A stretch of 64,000 nucleotides of DNA, from the NCBI GenBank assembly GCA_047947115.1, contig CP170459.1:64001-128000 (forward strand), read 5' to 3'. The stretch's first letter is position 1. Each line of letters begins with the position of its first letter. Shown piece after piece: positions 49,812 through 60,100 of this stretch. This DNA comes from Verrucomicrobiota bacterium (GTDB lineage Bacteria > Verrucomicrobiota > Verrucomicrobiia > Limisphaerales > AAA164-E04). Below the pieces are notes generated by a model. That model searched no databases. It had not been told where the DNA came from and saw only the letters and a list, made by a program, of their open reading frames with translations. The position numbers and the translations under genes were made by a program.

Positions 49812-50996
49812 TTAAGGTATGATAGGGCTACCGACGTCGTGGCTAAACAAACTCTGATAACTATTGTTGTTTGTAACAGGCACATCTTTGGTGTCTACAC
49901 GATACCCGCTTTGCTTCAAAAATTGAGAAACTCCGATGAGCACTTCGTACTCTCCTTTGGTCAACGTGGTTTCACGCTTTAAGTTTGCAATAAATTCGGT
50001 TTTGTCTTTCCACCGTTTCAAACCTGCTTCACTCAGCTCCAGGGCAACAGACAATTTCTGATTGTTGAAAATATTAACCGTCCTTTCCCAATCCTTAAAC
50101 CCTTCCCGAAAAACTCTCATTTTGTGTATGCCCGGAGTAGCTTGAAACGCCCCAGGAGTCGTGCCAACGACAGCCCCATCCAATTCGACGGTCACCCCAA
50201 CGGCTTCAACAGGGAAGGTTTTTTGACCCACCGAAGCATTCCCATTTTCATCAACCACAACATCGGGAAGCGAAATTCCACTTAAAACGGCCGTCACTCT
50301 GAATTCGGCAAGATCCGTTGAAGCCGCTAAATCCAAACGTCCGGATTGTGTTTTGAGTTTTGCTTTGAGGCTTGCTCCAATGAGTCGAGCGCCATCAGAA
50401 ATTAAGCGATTATACAAGTCCCCGTCCGCAACGGATTCAAACTCTGTTTGACGCACCTCGTTTTTCACCTCTACTGAGTCACTAATAACTGCCCCACCGT
50501 AAACTCCTTCAGCAACCCTATAGGACATGCGTAATGTGCCAATTTTCTTTGTAATGGTGTTTCCGTAAGCTTTGGTGGCTTTAGTCGTTTCACCGTAGGT
50601 CGTGAGAGATGCGGAAATGAGATAGTCCGCCCCTAAATTCTTAGCCAATCTCAAAGCAGAGGTGTTATTTGAGAAGATGCGATCCAACTGCACACCGGGC
50701 AAGTGCTCCCTGGCCTCAGCGATGGGCTGAGTAGGAAATTCATTTAGTGCCTGGATCGCCATTTCTCGACTAATCACATCGAAACCTAGCTCTACCACCT
50801 GGGCGGAAACCAAATCCTCCAATGCTCTCATGTGCCCATTCCAGGCATCGCCTGCACGGTTGTAGGTAAAAATGGCAGTCTTTTTCACTCGGTTACCCGC
50901 TTCCCCTTGAGCTTTTGCGCTGGGGATTATCACTGTGTTTTGATAAAACACGAAAGCAAGCAATGCCACTAGAATCTGGTTAGTTCGAAAGTTCAT
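49812..50996 (-). CDS. Secreted protein with CsgG/TolB_N-like domain and PEGA domain
   Basis: Signal peptide; LAKNLGADYLI; VELDGAVVGTTP...PGIHKMRV.REGFKDW. Confidence 0.75.
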   Translation of the reverse strand: MNFRTNQILVALLAFVFYQNTVIIPSAKAQGEAGNRVKKTAIFTYNRAGDAWNGHMRALEDLVSAQVVELGFDVISREMAIQALNEFPTQPIAEAREHLPGVQLDRIFSNNTSALRLAKNLGADYLISASLTTYGETTKATKAYGNTITKKIGTLRMSYRVAEGVYGGAVISDSVEVKNEVRQTEFESVADGDLYNRLISDGARLIGASLKAKLKTQSGRLDLAASTDLAEFRVTAVLSGISLPDVVVDENGNASVGQKTFPVEAVGVTVELDGAVVGTTPGAFQATPGIHKMRVFREGFKDWERTVNIFNNQKLSVALELSEAGLKRWKDKTEFIANLKRETTLTKGEYEVLIGVSQFLKQSGYRVDTKDVPVTNNNSYQSLFSHDVGSPIIP

Positions 50997-51561
50997 GGTA
51001 TTATTAAGTGCTTTGATTTAATGACTCAGTTACACAAGGGACTCAAAATTGTCAATTACTAGTGTAGTCCGCCTTACAGATTGCATATTAAAATAGATGT
51101 GTTAAATTCGTTACATGCGAGTTGCTCCGCCCATTGAATTGACAGCTAAAGAACGTAAAAAATTGGAAACCATTCGCCGTGGGCGAAGCAGTTCGGTGCG
51201 GGCGCGCGAACGAGCCGCGATCATTCTCTTGGCCGCCGATGGATTAGAGAACAAAGAGATCGCCGATCAGCTCGGGCAGGATAAAATGAAAGTGGGACGT
51301 TGGAGAAATCGATACGCCCAAGGTGGTCTTGATGCTATTCTCAAAGACAAATCACGGCCCGGCCGGATTCGACCACTTTCAAAAACCAAAGTTGCTCTAA
51401 TCATTAAGTTAACACTCAATGAAAAGCCGGAAGGAGCAACCCAATGGAGCCGGAGCTTGATGGCCCAAAAGGTAGGAGTGAGCCCCTCCAGTGTAGGTCG
51501 AATCTGGGCAGCCAACGGGCTCAAACCGCACCGGGTCAAATCATTCAAACTTTCAAATGAC

Positions 51562-53093
51562 GCCTCTTCTTCAGAATCTGTGGGTAAATTTAGGTTCGGG
51601 TAGTTCACCCATTGTGTGAAAAAGGGCTATTTTAAGCACTTCAAAGCTACGATAGCCGTAGGCTTTTCTGGTAGTCAGATTTATTTTGCGGTTCAAACCC
51701 TCAACAACTCCCGACGAAATAGTCTTTTTGGCCCTGAACCAATTCAGGATCAGCGGCTGATGTTTTCGTAGGCTGCTGGCAAATTTCTTGATGGGTTCCA
51801 GACGTGAGCGCATAGCTCTGGTGCACCACTTGTTCAAATACCACTCAGCCCAATATGGGCTAGTGTAATTCCAAAAGAACTCAAATGCTTCTTTGAGCAA
51901 AAATGCCCGAACACTTTTCAGATCATACTGGAGGACTTCCTCCAGCTTAATCTTTTGATTGGGCGTGAGGTTCTCACGACGTTTGAGAAAGCAGTATTTG
52001 GTGTGTTTAAGCACTTCCTGGTATCCGTCCTGACGCATCTTACGCGCTTCGACCGCCCTGACTTCATTGATTGCTTTGTTCAGATTGGCTACGATATGGA
52101 AGCGATCCAACACGTGGAGGGCGTGTTCGAGTTTTTCCTTAATCACATTGAGATAAGGTTTCCACATGTCCGAACAAACAAATTGAATGGACTCAAGTTG
52201 CTTTTGAGTGAGGATCTTAAAAAAATCCCGAAGGGATTGCTCGGTTCTCTCCTTGGTGACGCTTAACAATCGGCGCGTGCCTTGATCTATCTGGTAAACC
52301 ACCGTCAGATACTTTTGCCCCTTTCCAAAATGCACCTCATCAACTCCGATGGCATTAATATCGTCCAAACTCCTGTGCTTCAAGCCGTATTCAACAATGG
52401 AAGCAACGGACCGATACACCGATTGCCAACTGACTTCAAAGGTCTGGGCAACTTCTTTCCATGAAAGTTTCCGAGCCCACTGTGCAAGGAAGTGTTCCAT
52501 GACACAGGTTATCCGGCTTTTTCCTTTGGCCCAAGGAACCGATTCGATGACAACACCGTCATTGGGGCAGTTAACTCTTCGCATCCGGTATTCAAGAAAC
52601 ACCGGCCACCCCCATAAGGGGATGAATCGAAACTTTCGTTTTCCAGGACGATGGTCATAGGTGGAAGCACTACGATTGCACTTTGAACATACTGGGCGGC
52701 TGTTTTGCCGTGGTTCAACGCTTACGACAATAGCTTCGACTCCTTCAACTTCCTGGAAGCATGCTTGGCGATAGACAAAGGATTTGAATTTATGGCAACG
52801 ATTGAGCAAGGTTTTCAACAGCATCGGCACTCTTTGACGAGGTTTGTTTTGGCGACGCCATGTTGAGGAGATTGCCGATGCTTTTCGAATAAAAATCCTC
52901 TGGGTTTTTCTTGGAGAAAAACCACACCACCCGTAGGCCCTCTCGCGTCGTGGAAGTCCAGGAAAACATCATATAAGTGCCGAAGGCCGACTCCGCGTCA
53001 GCGGGGGAGTTATGCTGATGTTTTACTGGACTGGAACAGAGCGATAGGGCATCCCGACGTGCTCAATTTACCCACTCTTTTTTGAGAAGACCC
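51562..53093 (-). mobile_element. ISL3-family insertion sequence, copy 2 (1532 bp)
   Basis: Appears identical to 3826-5357. Target duplication CAAATGAC at 51554-51561 and 53094-53101. Confidence 0.95.
51571..52830 (-). CDS. ISL3-family transposase
   Basis: Translation identical to 3835-5094. Confidence 0.95.
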   Translation of the reverse strand: MPMLLKTLLNRCHKFKSFVYRQACFQEVEGVEAIVVSVEPRQNSRPVCSKCNRSASTYDHRPGKRKFRFIPLWGWPVFLEYRMRRVNCPNDGVVIESVPWAKGKSRITCVMEHFLAQWARKLSWKEVAQTFEVSWQSVYRSVASIVEYGLKHRSLDDINAIGVDEVHFGKGQKYLTVVYQIDQGTRRLLSVTKERTEQSLRDFFKILTQKQLESIQFVCSDMWKPYLNVIKEKLEHALHVLDRFHIVANLNKAINEVRAVEARKMRQDGYQEVLKHTKYCFLKRRENLTPNQKIKLEEVLQYDLKSVRAFLLKEAFEFFWNYTSPYWAEWYLNKWCTRAMRSRLEPIKKFASSLRKHQPLILNWFRAKKTISSGVVEGLNRKINLTTRKAYGYRSFEVLKIALFHTMGELPEPKFTHRF

Positions 53094-54237
53094 CAAATGA
53101 CAAACAATTTCAAGAGAAGCTCGAAGACATTGTTGGCCTCTATCTCAGCCCTCCTGAGCATGCGTTGGTTTTTTCGTGCGACGAGAAGAGTCAAATCCAA
53201 GCCCTGGATAGGACCCAACCAGGTTTACCGATGAAGAAGGGACGACTGCGGACAATGACGCATGATTACAAGCGCAACGGAACGACATCACTTCTCGCGG
53301 CTATGAACACTGCCGACGGAAATATTATCGGGACTTGCATGAACAAGCATCGGCATCAGGAATGGATTCGATTTCTAAACCTGATTGAAAAATCAACACC
53401 CAAAGGAAAAGAGGTCCACTTGATCTGTGACAATTACGCAACCCATAAACATGCTAAAGTCAAAGCGTGGCAGAAGCGACATCGCCGATTCCATTTCCAC
53501 TTTACGCCCACCAGTGCCTCTTGGTTGAACATGGTGGAACGCTTTTTTCGAGATCTGACGGCCAACACAATCAGAGGTGGAGTGTTCCATAGTGTTGGAG
53601 ATTTAACCCGAGCTATAGAAGAGCATATTACTCATCACAACAAGGATCCCAAACCATTTGTCTGGACGGCTACCGCGACGGACATTCTTGAGAAAGTTAA
53701 ACGTGGCCGAGAGAAACTTGTTAATATGCAGTCTGCTTGACGGACTACACTAGGGTTTTTGCAGGAAGACGATTTGGGTATGAGTAAAATTTGTGTCATT
53801 TGCAATGAAGATTGTTCCAATGAGCCTCGCTTCAAAAATGAGGACGGGCGTTACGTGCATCAAAAGTGTTTCTCAACGGAGGGACACGCTACGCAAGAAA
53901 CTGCACCAACGAATACGCAAGAAAGCTCTGGTTGGCTAACCAAGTGGCTCTTTAGACCCAATCAGCCCCGGACTTTCCTAAACCGCATTATCGGTTTCAT
54001 ACTCATTATTATTAGCATTTGGTTGGTTATAGGTGTTGGTCCAAGCATATCTGTTTTTTTTCAAAGACTCGCTTGACACCCATAAAGAGGCATATCAAAA
54101 ATACAGAGATACCTGGCGGTGGTCATTTAACACCAGTAACGACAGAAGAAGAAGTAGTCCTGTTGAAAGGTCTTTTTTTGATACGGTTTTTTACATTACT
54201 GCTCAGCTATTACCGGGTGCTATTGGTTTATGCATTG

Positions 54238-55708
54238 GAACGGTGTCAAAAGGGCGAAACTCAATTTGACGCCTGAAAGCGGTTTCCTGCGACGGGAATC
54301 ACTTGACTGACTCGGTTCTTTTCAATGGTTTCAAAAAGATTAAAATGCTCTAAAACAGAGAATTTACCCGGTTTTTGTGCGATTAAAGTTGACTCTGACG
54401 CGCTGACCCCAAAAAATTTTCATGCCAAGAGCACTATTAACTGATAATAAAATATTTGCAGCATTCTTCAAGCCTTTATTTGACGCCTTGAATCGAGCTG
54501 TTCACACTCGCCAATGTAATGAATTACCCGACCAGCATTGGCTTGAATTAGGAGTCACCCGAATTCTTATGGAATCCCCCAGCGGCCGAGGGTTTCTCCA
54601 ACAATACGGCCCCCACTTTCAGAGTGATGTTTCTGTGGGGCTTTATTTCGAATCTCTCAAAAGTAATCGACGCCTCCTTCTTGCCGATGAATTAAATGAT
54701 AGTATTTGCGCTAAAGCTGTCAAAGAACTTAATGACCCTCTTCAGGATTTTGAGGAACTAAAAAAATATGACATATATGCCGCTGATGGCCATTGGCATG
54801 GTGCTTCGGCTCATGAAGTACGCAAGAATGAAAAGAAATGGGCTCCCGGTTACTTCTACGCCCTGAATCTGAGATCCCATGCAATCAAGTTGCTGGATAC
54901 AGCCGATGAGGTTCATCGTAAGCATGAGCATGACATGCGAGCCCTCAAAAGGATGGGTATCGAAACACTCAGGCAGGGTGCCAAGACGGGACGCAAAGTT
55001 CTCTATGTGTATGACTCTGCGTCCATCGATTTCGATGAGTGGGATTGGTGGAAATCACGAGGTGGAATTTATTTTGTTTCCCGCATGAAAGACGGAACTG
55101 CCTATGACTGTCTGGATGAACTGGAAATCGATCATGAAAATGGTCTCAATCACGGAATCACGTCCGATAAAAAAATCATAGTCAATAACCAGAGCATTCT
55201 TCGACGTATCGTATGTGTCGATCCGCAAACTGGGAAGGAACACGTTTTGATCACCAATCAATTGACTATTTCGCCAGGTTTGTTAGCACAGCTCTATCGG
55301 ATGCGTTGGGATATTGAGAAGGTATTCGATGAGTTTAAAAATACACTTCAGGAGAAAAAGGCATGGGCCGGATCAGTCCGGGCCAAGAAGATTCAAGCCA
55401 ACTTTCTTTGCCTGGCACATAACCTCTGTCTCTTGATGGAGCATGATTTGGAAAAGGATTACGGAGTGAGCAACGAAGCAGAAATTCGTCGACGTCAAAT
55501 TCGTTTTGAAGCAATGAAAAACGCTGCCAAAGAAGCCGGGAGAAAATGGTCAACGGTGTACGAATGCGTCCAGCGCTACTCCAAGCGAAGCGTAAAGTTT
55601 ATCCGGTGCTTGAGATCATTTTTCTTTTTAGAAAAGCCCCTCATTGACATGGCGGCTCATCTCATCCGTTTATATGCGAAGTTATGATTGGCTTTTTTGA
55701 CACCGTTC
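54238..55708 (+). mobile_element. IS4-like insertion sequence (1471 bp)
   Basis: Perfect 14-bp IR GAACGGTGTCAAAA. 8-bp target duplication ATGCATTG at 54230-54237 and 55709-55716. Confidence 0.92.
54422..55687 (+). CDS. IS4-family (DDE_Tnp_1) transposase
   Basis: AADGH, VYDSA, FVSRMK, LITN, LYRMRWDIEKVFDEFK (YREK motif). Confidence 0.9.
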   Translation: MPRALLTDNKIFAAFFKPLFDALNRAVHTRQCNELPDQHWLELGVTRILMESPSGRGFLQQYGPHFQSDVSVGLYFESLKSNRRLLLADELNDSICAKAVKELNDPLQDFEELKKYDIYAADGHWHGASAHEVRKNEKKWAPGYFYALNLRSHAIKLLDTADEVHRKHEHDMRALKRMGIETLRQGAKTGRKVLYVYDSASIDFDEWDWWKSRGGIYFVSRMKDGTAYDCLDELEIDHENGLNHGITSDKKIIVNNQSILRRIVCVDPQTGKEHVLITNQLTISPGLLAQLYRMRWDIEKVFDEFKNTLQEKKAWAGSVRAKKIQANFLCLAHNLCLLMEHDLEKDYGVSNEAEIRRRQIRFEAMKNAAKEAGRKWSTVYECVQRYSKRSVKFIRCLRSFFFLEKPLIDMAAHLIRLYAKL

Positions 55709-56508
55709 ATGCATTGTGAGTAGGCGATTTGGTAATTTAGCCTACTCTGTCACTCGATTGCATAAAAAACCGCCATCTAAAGTGATGTCAAAAAATGCTC
55801 TTTGCTCGGCTTGTGGTAACCCCTGCAGCGAGAGCAATGAATGCATATTCAGTGAAGGAAAGCCAATTCACAAAACATGTCTTTATTCTCCACATGAACT
55901 GTAATGCAGTTGCTTATTCACTATCACGGGCTGACTTAATCCTGCGCTTTCTCTGCCGAGCTAAACACAGGTGCCAATGCATTTAACTCTACCACCTACT
56001 ATTTACTGCAACTCGCTACCTGCACAGCCAAGCAGGAACGAACCTGCCAGTTACTTCAAAGCTAAGTAGCGATACATATGCTGATGTGCAAAATTCCTGC
56101 CAGCACACCTTCAAAAGCGGGTGCGTTTATATACCAACTGAATTCTTCCTCTCGACATGTGAAGTCTTGTGTTGTGGGACTCTGCTGACTCCAGGGAATG
56201 TCTTCATTTGCTGTATTACCAATCAGGAATAGGGGTTTCAATAAACCCGGGGGAGACTTTTCCACTCAATGAGCACCTCCTTAGACATGCATTGATATCG
56301 AAGTCAACATGCCTCCCCGCTTAGCTTATCAATTTCAGACTGTGTGTAGAACTATTTATGATGACGAGGAAAAGGTGATCAAAGGATACTGATTTTGGTC
56401 GCCTTTTGTGTCATGAAACTGGACGACAGGTAACTGAACAGAAAGAATAAGCATACGTTTCGGAGTATCATTTCACGAGGCCAATGGGTAATCCCTCAGA
56501 CCGCAGTC

Positions 56509-57129
56509 TCAGTCTCCTTCATTGAGCTCTCCTTGTTTCCAGAATTGTTGATCCATCATTGCTCCGTTTTTGAAATGTGCACGTGAACGCACCGTTCCAT
56601 CATCGAACCAGGCAGATGCATCACCGTGAGGTATGCCATGATTGTATTCAATGGATTCAGCTAATTGTCCATTGGAGTGCCATTTCAAGACCACGCCATG
56701 AAATTGACCTTCAACAATGGGTTCCTCTGCTGATTTACTTCCATCCTCGTTAAATCGCAGACGTTTGCCATGGGACACTCCCTTTTGAAAATGTTCCATT
56801 ACCTGCAGTTTTCCGTTACTGAAATACCCTGAAGACTCACCATGTAACTTTCCATCCTTCATGCGAGATCTGGATTTAATCTGAACTCCATCAGGGTAAG
56901 TTTCCCTTACCCAACCGGAGTAAGGGATTTGATGTTGTGGATCCAAAATTAGATCTCCGCTTTTCAGCAATTGACTGAGCGAATACTCAGCTTCACTGAC
57001 GACTTCATTTCGATGGCATCCAATGCAGCAGGATATGCAGAAAAGCGGCAAGGTCCACTTGAACAAATGAATCAAACTTTGTCTTACCAATGAATCCTTT
57101 AATTGGAGAAGTGAGGCAAGCATGATCAT
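56509..57129 (-). CDS. MORN-variant repeat (YwqK-like) probable lipoprotein
   Basis: Repeated G..HG....(Y/W)..NG units; Cys-containing signal region. Confidence 0.8.
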   Translation of the reverse strand: MIMLASLLQLKDSLVRQSLIHLFKWTLPLFCISCCIGCHRNEVVSEAEYSLSQLLKSGDLILDPQHQIPYSGWVRETYPDGVQIKSRSRMKDGKLHGESSGYFSNGKLQVMEHFQKGVSHGKRLRFNEDGSKSAEEPIVEGQFHGVVLKWHSNGQLAESIEYNHGIPHGDASAWFDDGTVRSRAHFKNGAMMDQQFWKQGELNEGD

Positions 57130-57150
57130 GGATAGGGTAAATGAGAAAAG

Positions 57151-60100
57151 TCAGGGTATTTGTTCTGATCGCAGAAGGAAAAAGCCCGTTCCATTCAATG
57201 GCGCGCGATAAGGACTTCTGGCTCCCTCTATGAGTTCAAAGGTGCTCTTTAGGTTGATGGCATTCCATAGTTGATAATCCCCTTCCCAACTCATCTCTAT
57301 GACGGTGCTGTCCACAAGTTGGAACTTTAGAACAGGAAATTCAACAGGTTCAGGATTAACCCCAAAATCAATCGTGATTTCCTGTCCGTATCCCAGCCCA
57401 TCTCCGTCCAGGACGAAGATTCTGATTGGGTGTTTTCCGAACAGGCCATCAGGTCGGGACACTTTCAAAACATTGTCTTTTCCAAAAAAATCTATCTTGA
57501 AAATATCCGTAAGTAAAAAATCTGGGATTTGGCCAGTGAAATAGACAAAAAGGTTTTCCGAGGGCGTCTCAAGATCCTCCACTTGAAAAACAACATTCAC
57601 CGTGTCATCAGAGACCTCGACCAGAGGTGGAAGGCCGGTGATAAGCGGTAGATCGTTTTGAGGTTTCACTTCGATGACAATCACATGAGCGGTAGTGCTG
57701 GTTCCATCATCAACCTCAATGGTCAATTGTGTTTGCCCATTCGCTTTAGGTTCAAGATTTGAAACGAAAAACCGATATCCCTCTTGATCATCATGTTCCC
57801 AGGTAATGGATTCGTCTCTGATGAGTTTTTGATTATCTGAAAGAATCCGGATGCCGAGTTGATCGATTGCTGTGCGATCATCGTTCAGCGTAAACATAAC
57901 AGGGGGGATCATGCTGTCTTCTTCGAGCTCAATCAACTCAGGCCCAAGAATGGATGGTGGCATGTCGACATCATCGTTGACTACAGTGATGGAAAACATG
58001 TTGGAAAACAACAAACCTTCCTTTTGGTCCGAGGATTGGGCCGACTGCACTTTGAGTTCCAAACGAATAAACTCATCTGCCTCCACTTCATCGTCTTCGA
58101 GTATACGCACAGGTATTGGTTTCTCAAATTCCCCATCAGCAAAGATTACCTGACTGGATGTAAGTTCAAAATCCACACCCGACTGACACCCCTCACTGGC
58201 CTCGAGTAATTCAATGGATAGCACAACCTCCCCTTTCACTCCGCCTTGTCGCTCAATCATCCAGACCCGGGTGGAAGCTTTTGACTCTTCTACCTTGTCC
58301 TCCACCATGGCAAACCCGAAAACACCTGTGGCATCATTATCAATCAATTCAACCTCCGTCGTCCCGGCCTGGGAGATACGGGCATGCGTTCTCTGAGGAT
58401 CGATAATTTCAAGAGAAAGTTCAAATACTTCGATTGTTTCCTCCAGATCATCATCGACAAGCAGACCGGAGATATCCAACTCCGCCGAGATCTGGTGGTT
58501 TTCAAAGTGTACGCGCACCGGATGCGCAAGCAGATCACTGGGTATCAAAGCGGTAAGTGATTTTGGATAGACCCATAAATCCACTTCTCCCAATGACCCT
58601 TCACTTCGGATGATTCTTACAGGTTCGATTGCGATACCGGATTCAGTCACCCGGTATTCTGGTTTACTGAAAGCAAAGGTTCCTGAACGAGTGTCAGCTT
58701 CGGAAAGGGACCCGATCCACTGTTCGGCTATCTGCGACTCATACAACTCGACGGCGTAGGTTTGCCCCATGGTTTCTGTCGTTATTTCTCCCTGGACCAA
58801 TTTGTGCAGGTCTGGAATCAAAGCGGATTGCACAAGGGTCTGACTCCTGGCCAGATCTCCCACAACATCCTGTAGATTCAGATCCTGTTCGACGATCTGT
58901 TTTTTTATTTTATTACCGAGGGAAATCGCTTCGACCACTGTCAGAAAGTGGGTTTGCTGATTGATCAGCCCCTTCCCTGTCGTCGCTTCACTGATCAGAC
59001 TGGCGACCTGGGAGGCATCCTCCAAATTAAAAGCTTCTCCCCTGTTTATTTTTTCTGCCAGCACTGAAGAGAGCCTATTGAAAGCACCCGCAGCAGTCTC
59101 ACCAAGCGTTGCCTGAATATAGGCGCCGGATTGTGAAAGTGTATCTTGTATTTTGATGGCTGGTTCGATGAGCTCCAGAGACCTTGGATTACCTTTGGCA
59201 AGTTCTCCGTACATATCAAACGTAAGGATGTCCAGATCCGGTGCAATGCCCAACGCTTCTTGTACTTTTTCAGAGGCGTTCCTTTCAGAAATCGCAGGAT
59301 CCTGATCCATCAGGCGACTGACCAGAGTCGTCAGTGGCGTCAACACTTCTGCAGAAGGTGGAGCTAGAAGCGTTCCTTGAAATGGCAGACCCGAGGCTAT
59401 GTCAACACCACCTTGGGAGACAAACTGGCCATCGCGCTCATTGACCATGCCGTCGCCATCTCTGTCAAAATCACCCACAGGAAGGTTCATCAGAAAGCGA
59501 CCGTTTTGATCTGTTTGACTGAGGGGCTCCTGTTCCTCCCTCAACCGGTTCCCATTGATATCAAAAAACACCATTGCCCCTGCAATGGGACCATCCTCAA
59601 CGCGCATATCATGAGAGACATCCTTGTCCTTGACGGTCATCGAGAGACTGGCAGAGAGACCTTGAGCCTCTGCGAATAGTTGAAATGAAGCATCTCCCTC
59701 GGAGATCGTATTATCTGGTACGGACACTTCAATGGTTGCCTGCATCGAATCGCCCGACAAGATCAGTGTCTTGGGGAAATCGATATCAAATGGAGCGTCA
59801 GTCGAAAAGTAAACCAATACTCTTTCAGGTGGAATGGGGGTATTGAGGGAAAATTGAAGGGGAATGGCTTGCCCGCCCTCGGTAGCCCATTCAACCGGAG
59901 AGTCGAGTCTTAATTCAGGAACATCATCATCCTCTACCATCAGCGTGAGCACGGCAGGCTCAAAGCCATGACTCAGGATGCGTATTTCAACAGGCAGACT
60001 TTCAAATGCAATGCCGTCCTCAATGGCCGAGACCGGTAGACTGATCTGCTCCTGACCAGCGGGAAGAATGAACGAAGAGGCAAACTGGATCCGATCCCGT

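Larger units (their letters stand above)
51115..53740 (+). pseudogene. IS630 transposase split by ISL3 insertion
   Basis: 51115-51561 plus 53102-53740 join in frame (...[20 protein letters not shown]...) to give 361 aa with CDEK, CDNY, NMVERFF. Confidence 0.92.
51059..53753 (+). mobile_element. IS630-family element interrupted by ISL3
   Basis: 33-bp IRs CTAGTGTAGTCCG...TGCATATTAA (28/33), counting the CTAG target at both ends. 1155 bp once the ISL3 and one target copy are removed. Confidence 0.92.
53780..55904 (+). pseudogene. Two-TM protein with zinc-binding motifs at both termini, broken by a T8 frameshift and IS4 insertion
   Basis: Removing the IS and one T gives a 214-aa ORF with C-x2-C-x3-C-x14-H-x2-C at both ends. 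Confidence 0.65.

Noticed and set aside
3826..53093. Composite transposon inserted as one unit
   Set aside because: Each ISL3 has its own target duplication, and the outer flanks differ.
46289..55708. IS4 composite transposon carrying the lipoprotein operon
   Set aside because: The orphan end points away from the operon, so the ends do not enclose it in a transposable orientation.
55905..56508. 600-bp non-coding gap as a possible ncRNA or attR
   Set aside because: No tRNA-end duplication, repeats or convincing extended pairing were found by eye.
56509..57129. Polymorphic toxin-immunity pair
   Set aside because: The upstream giant protein ends in Ig-like domains and a putative sorting tail, not a toxin domain.
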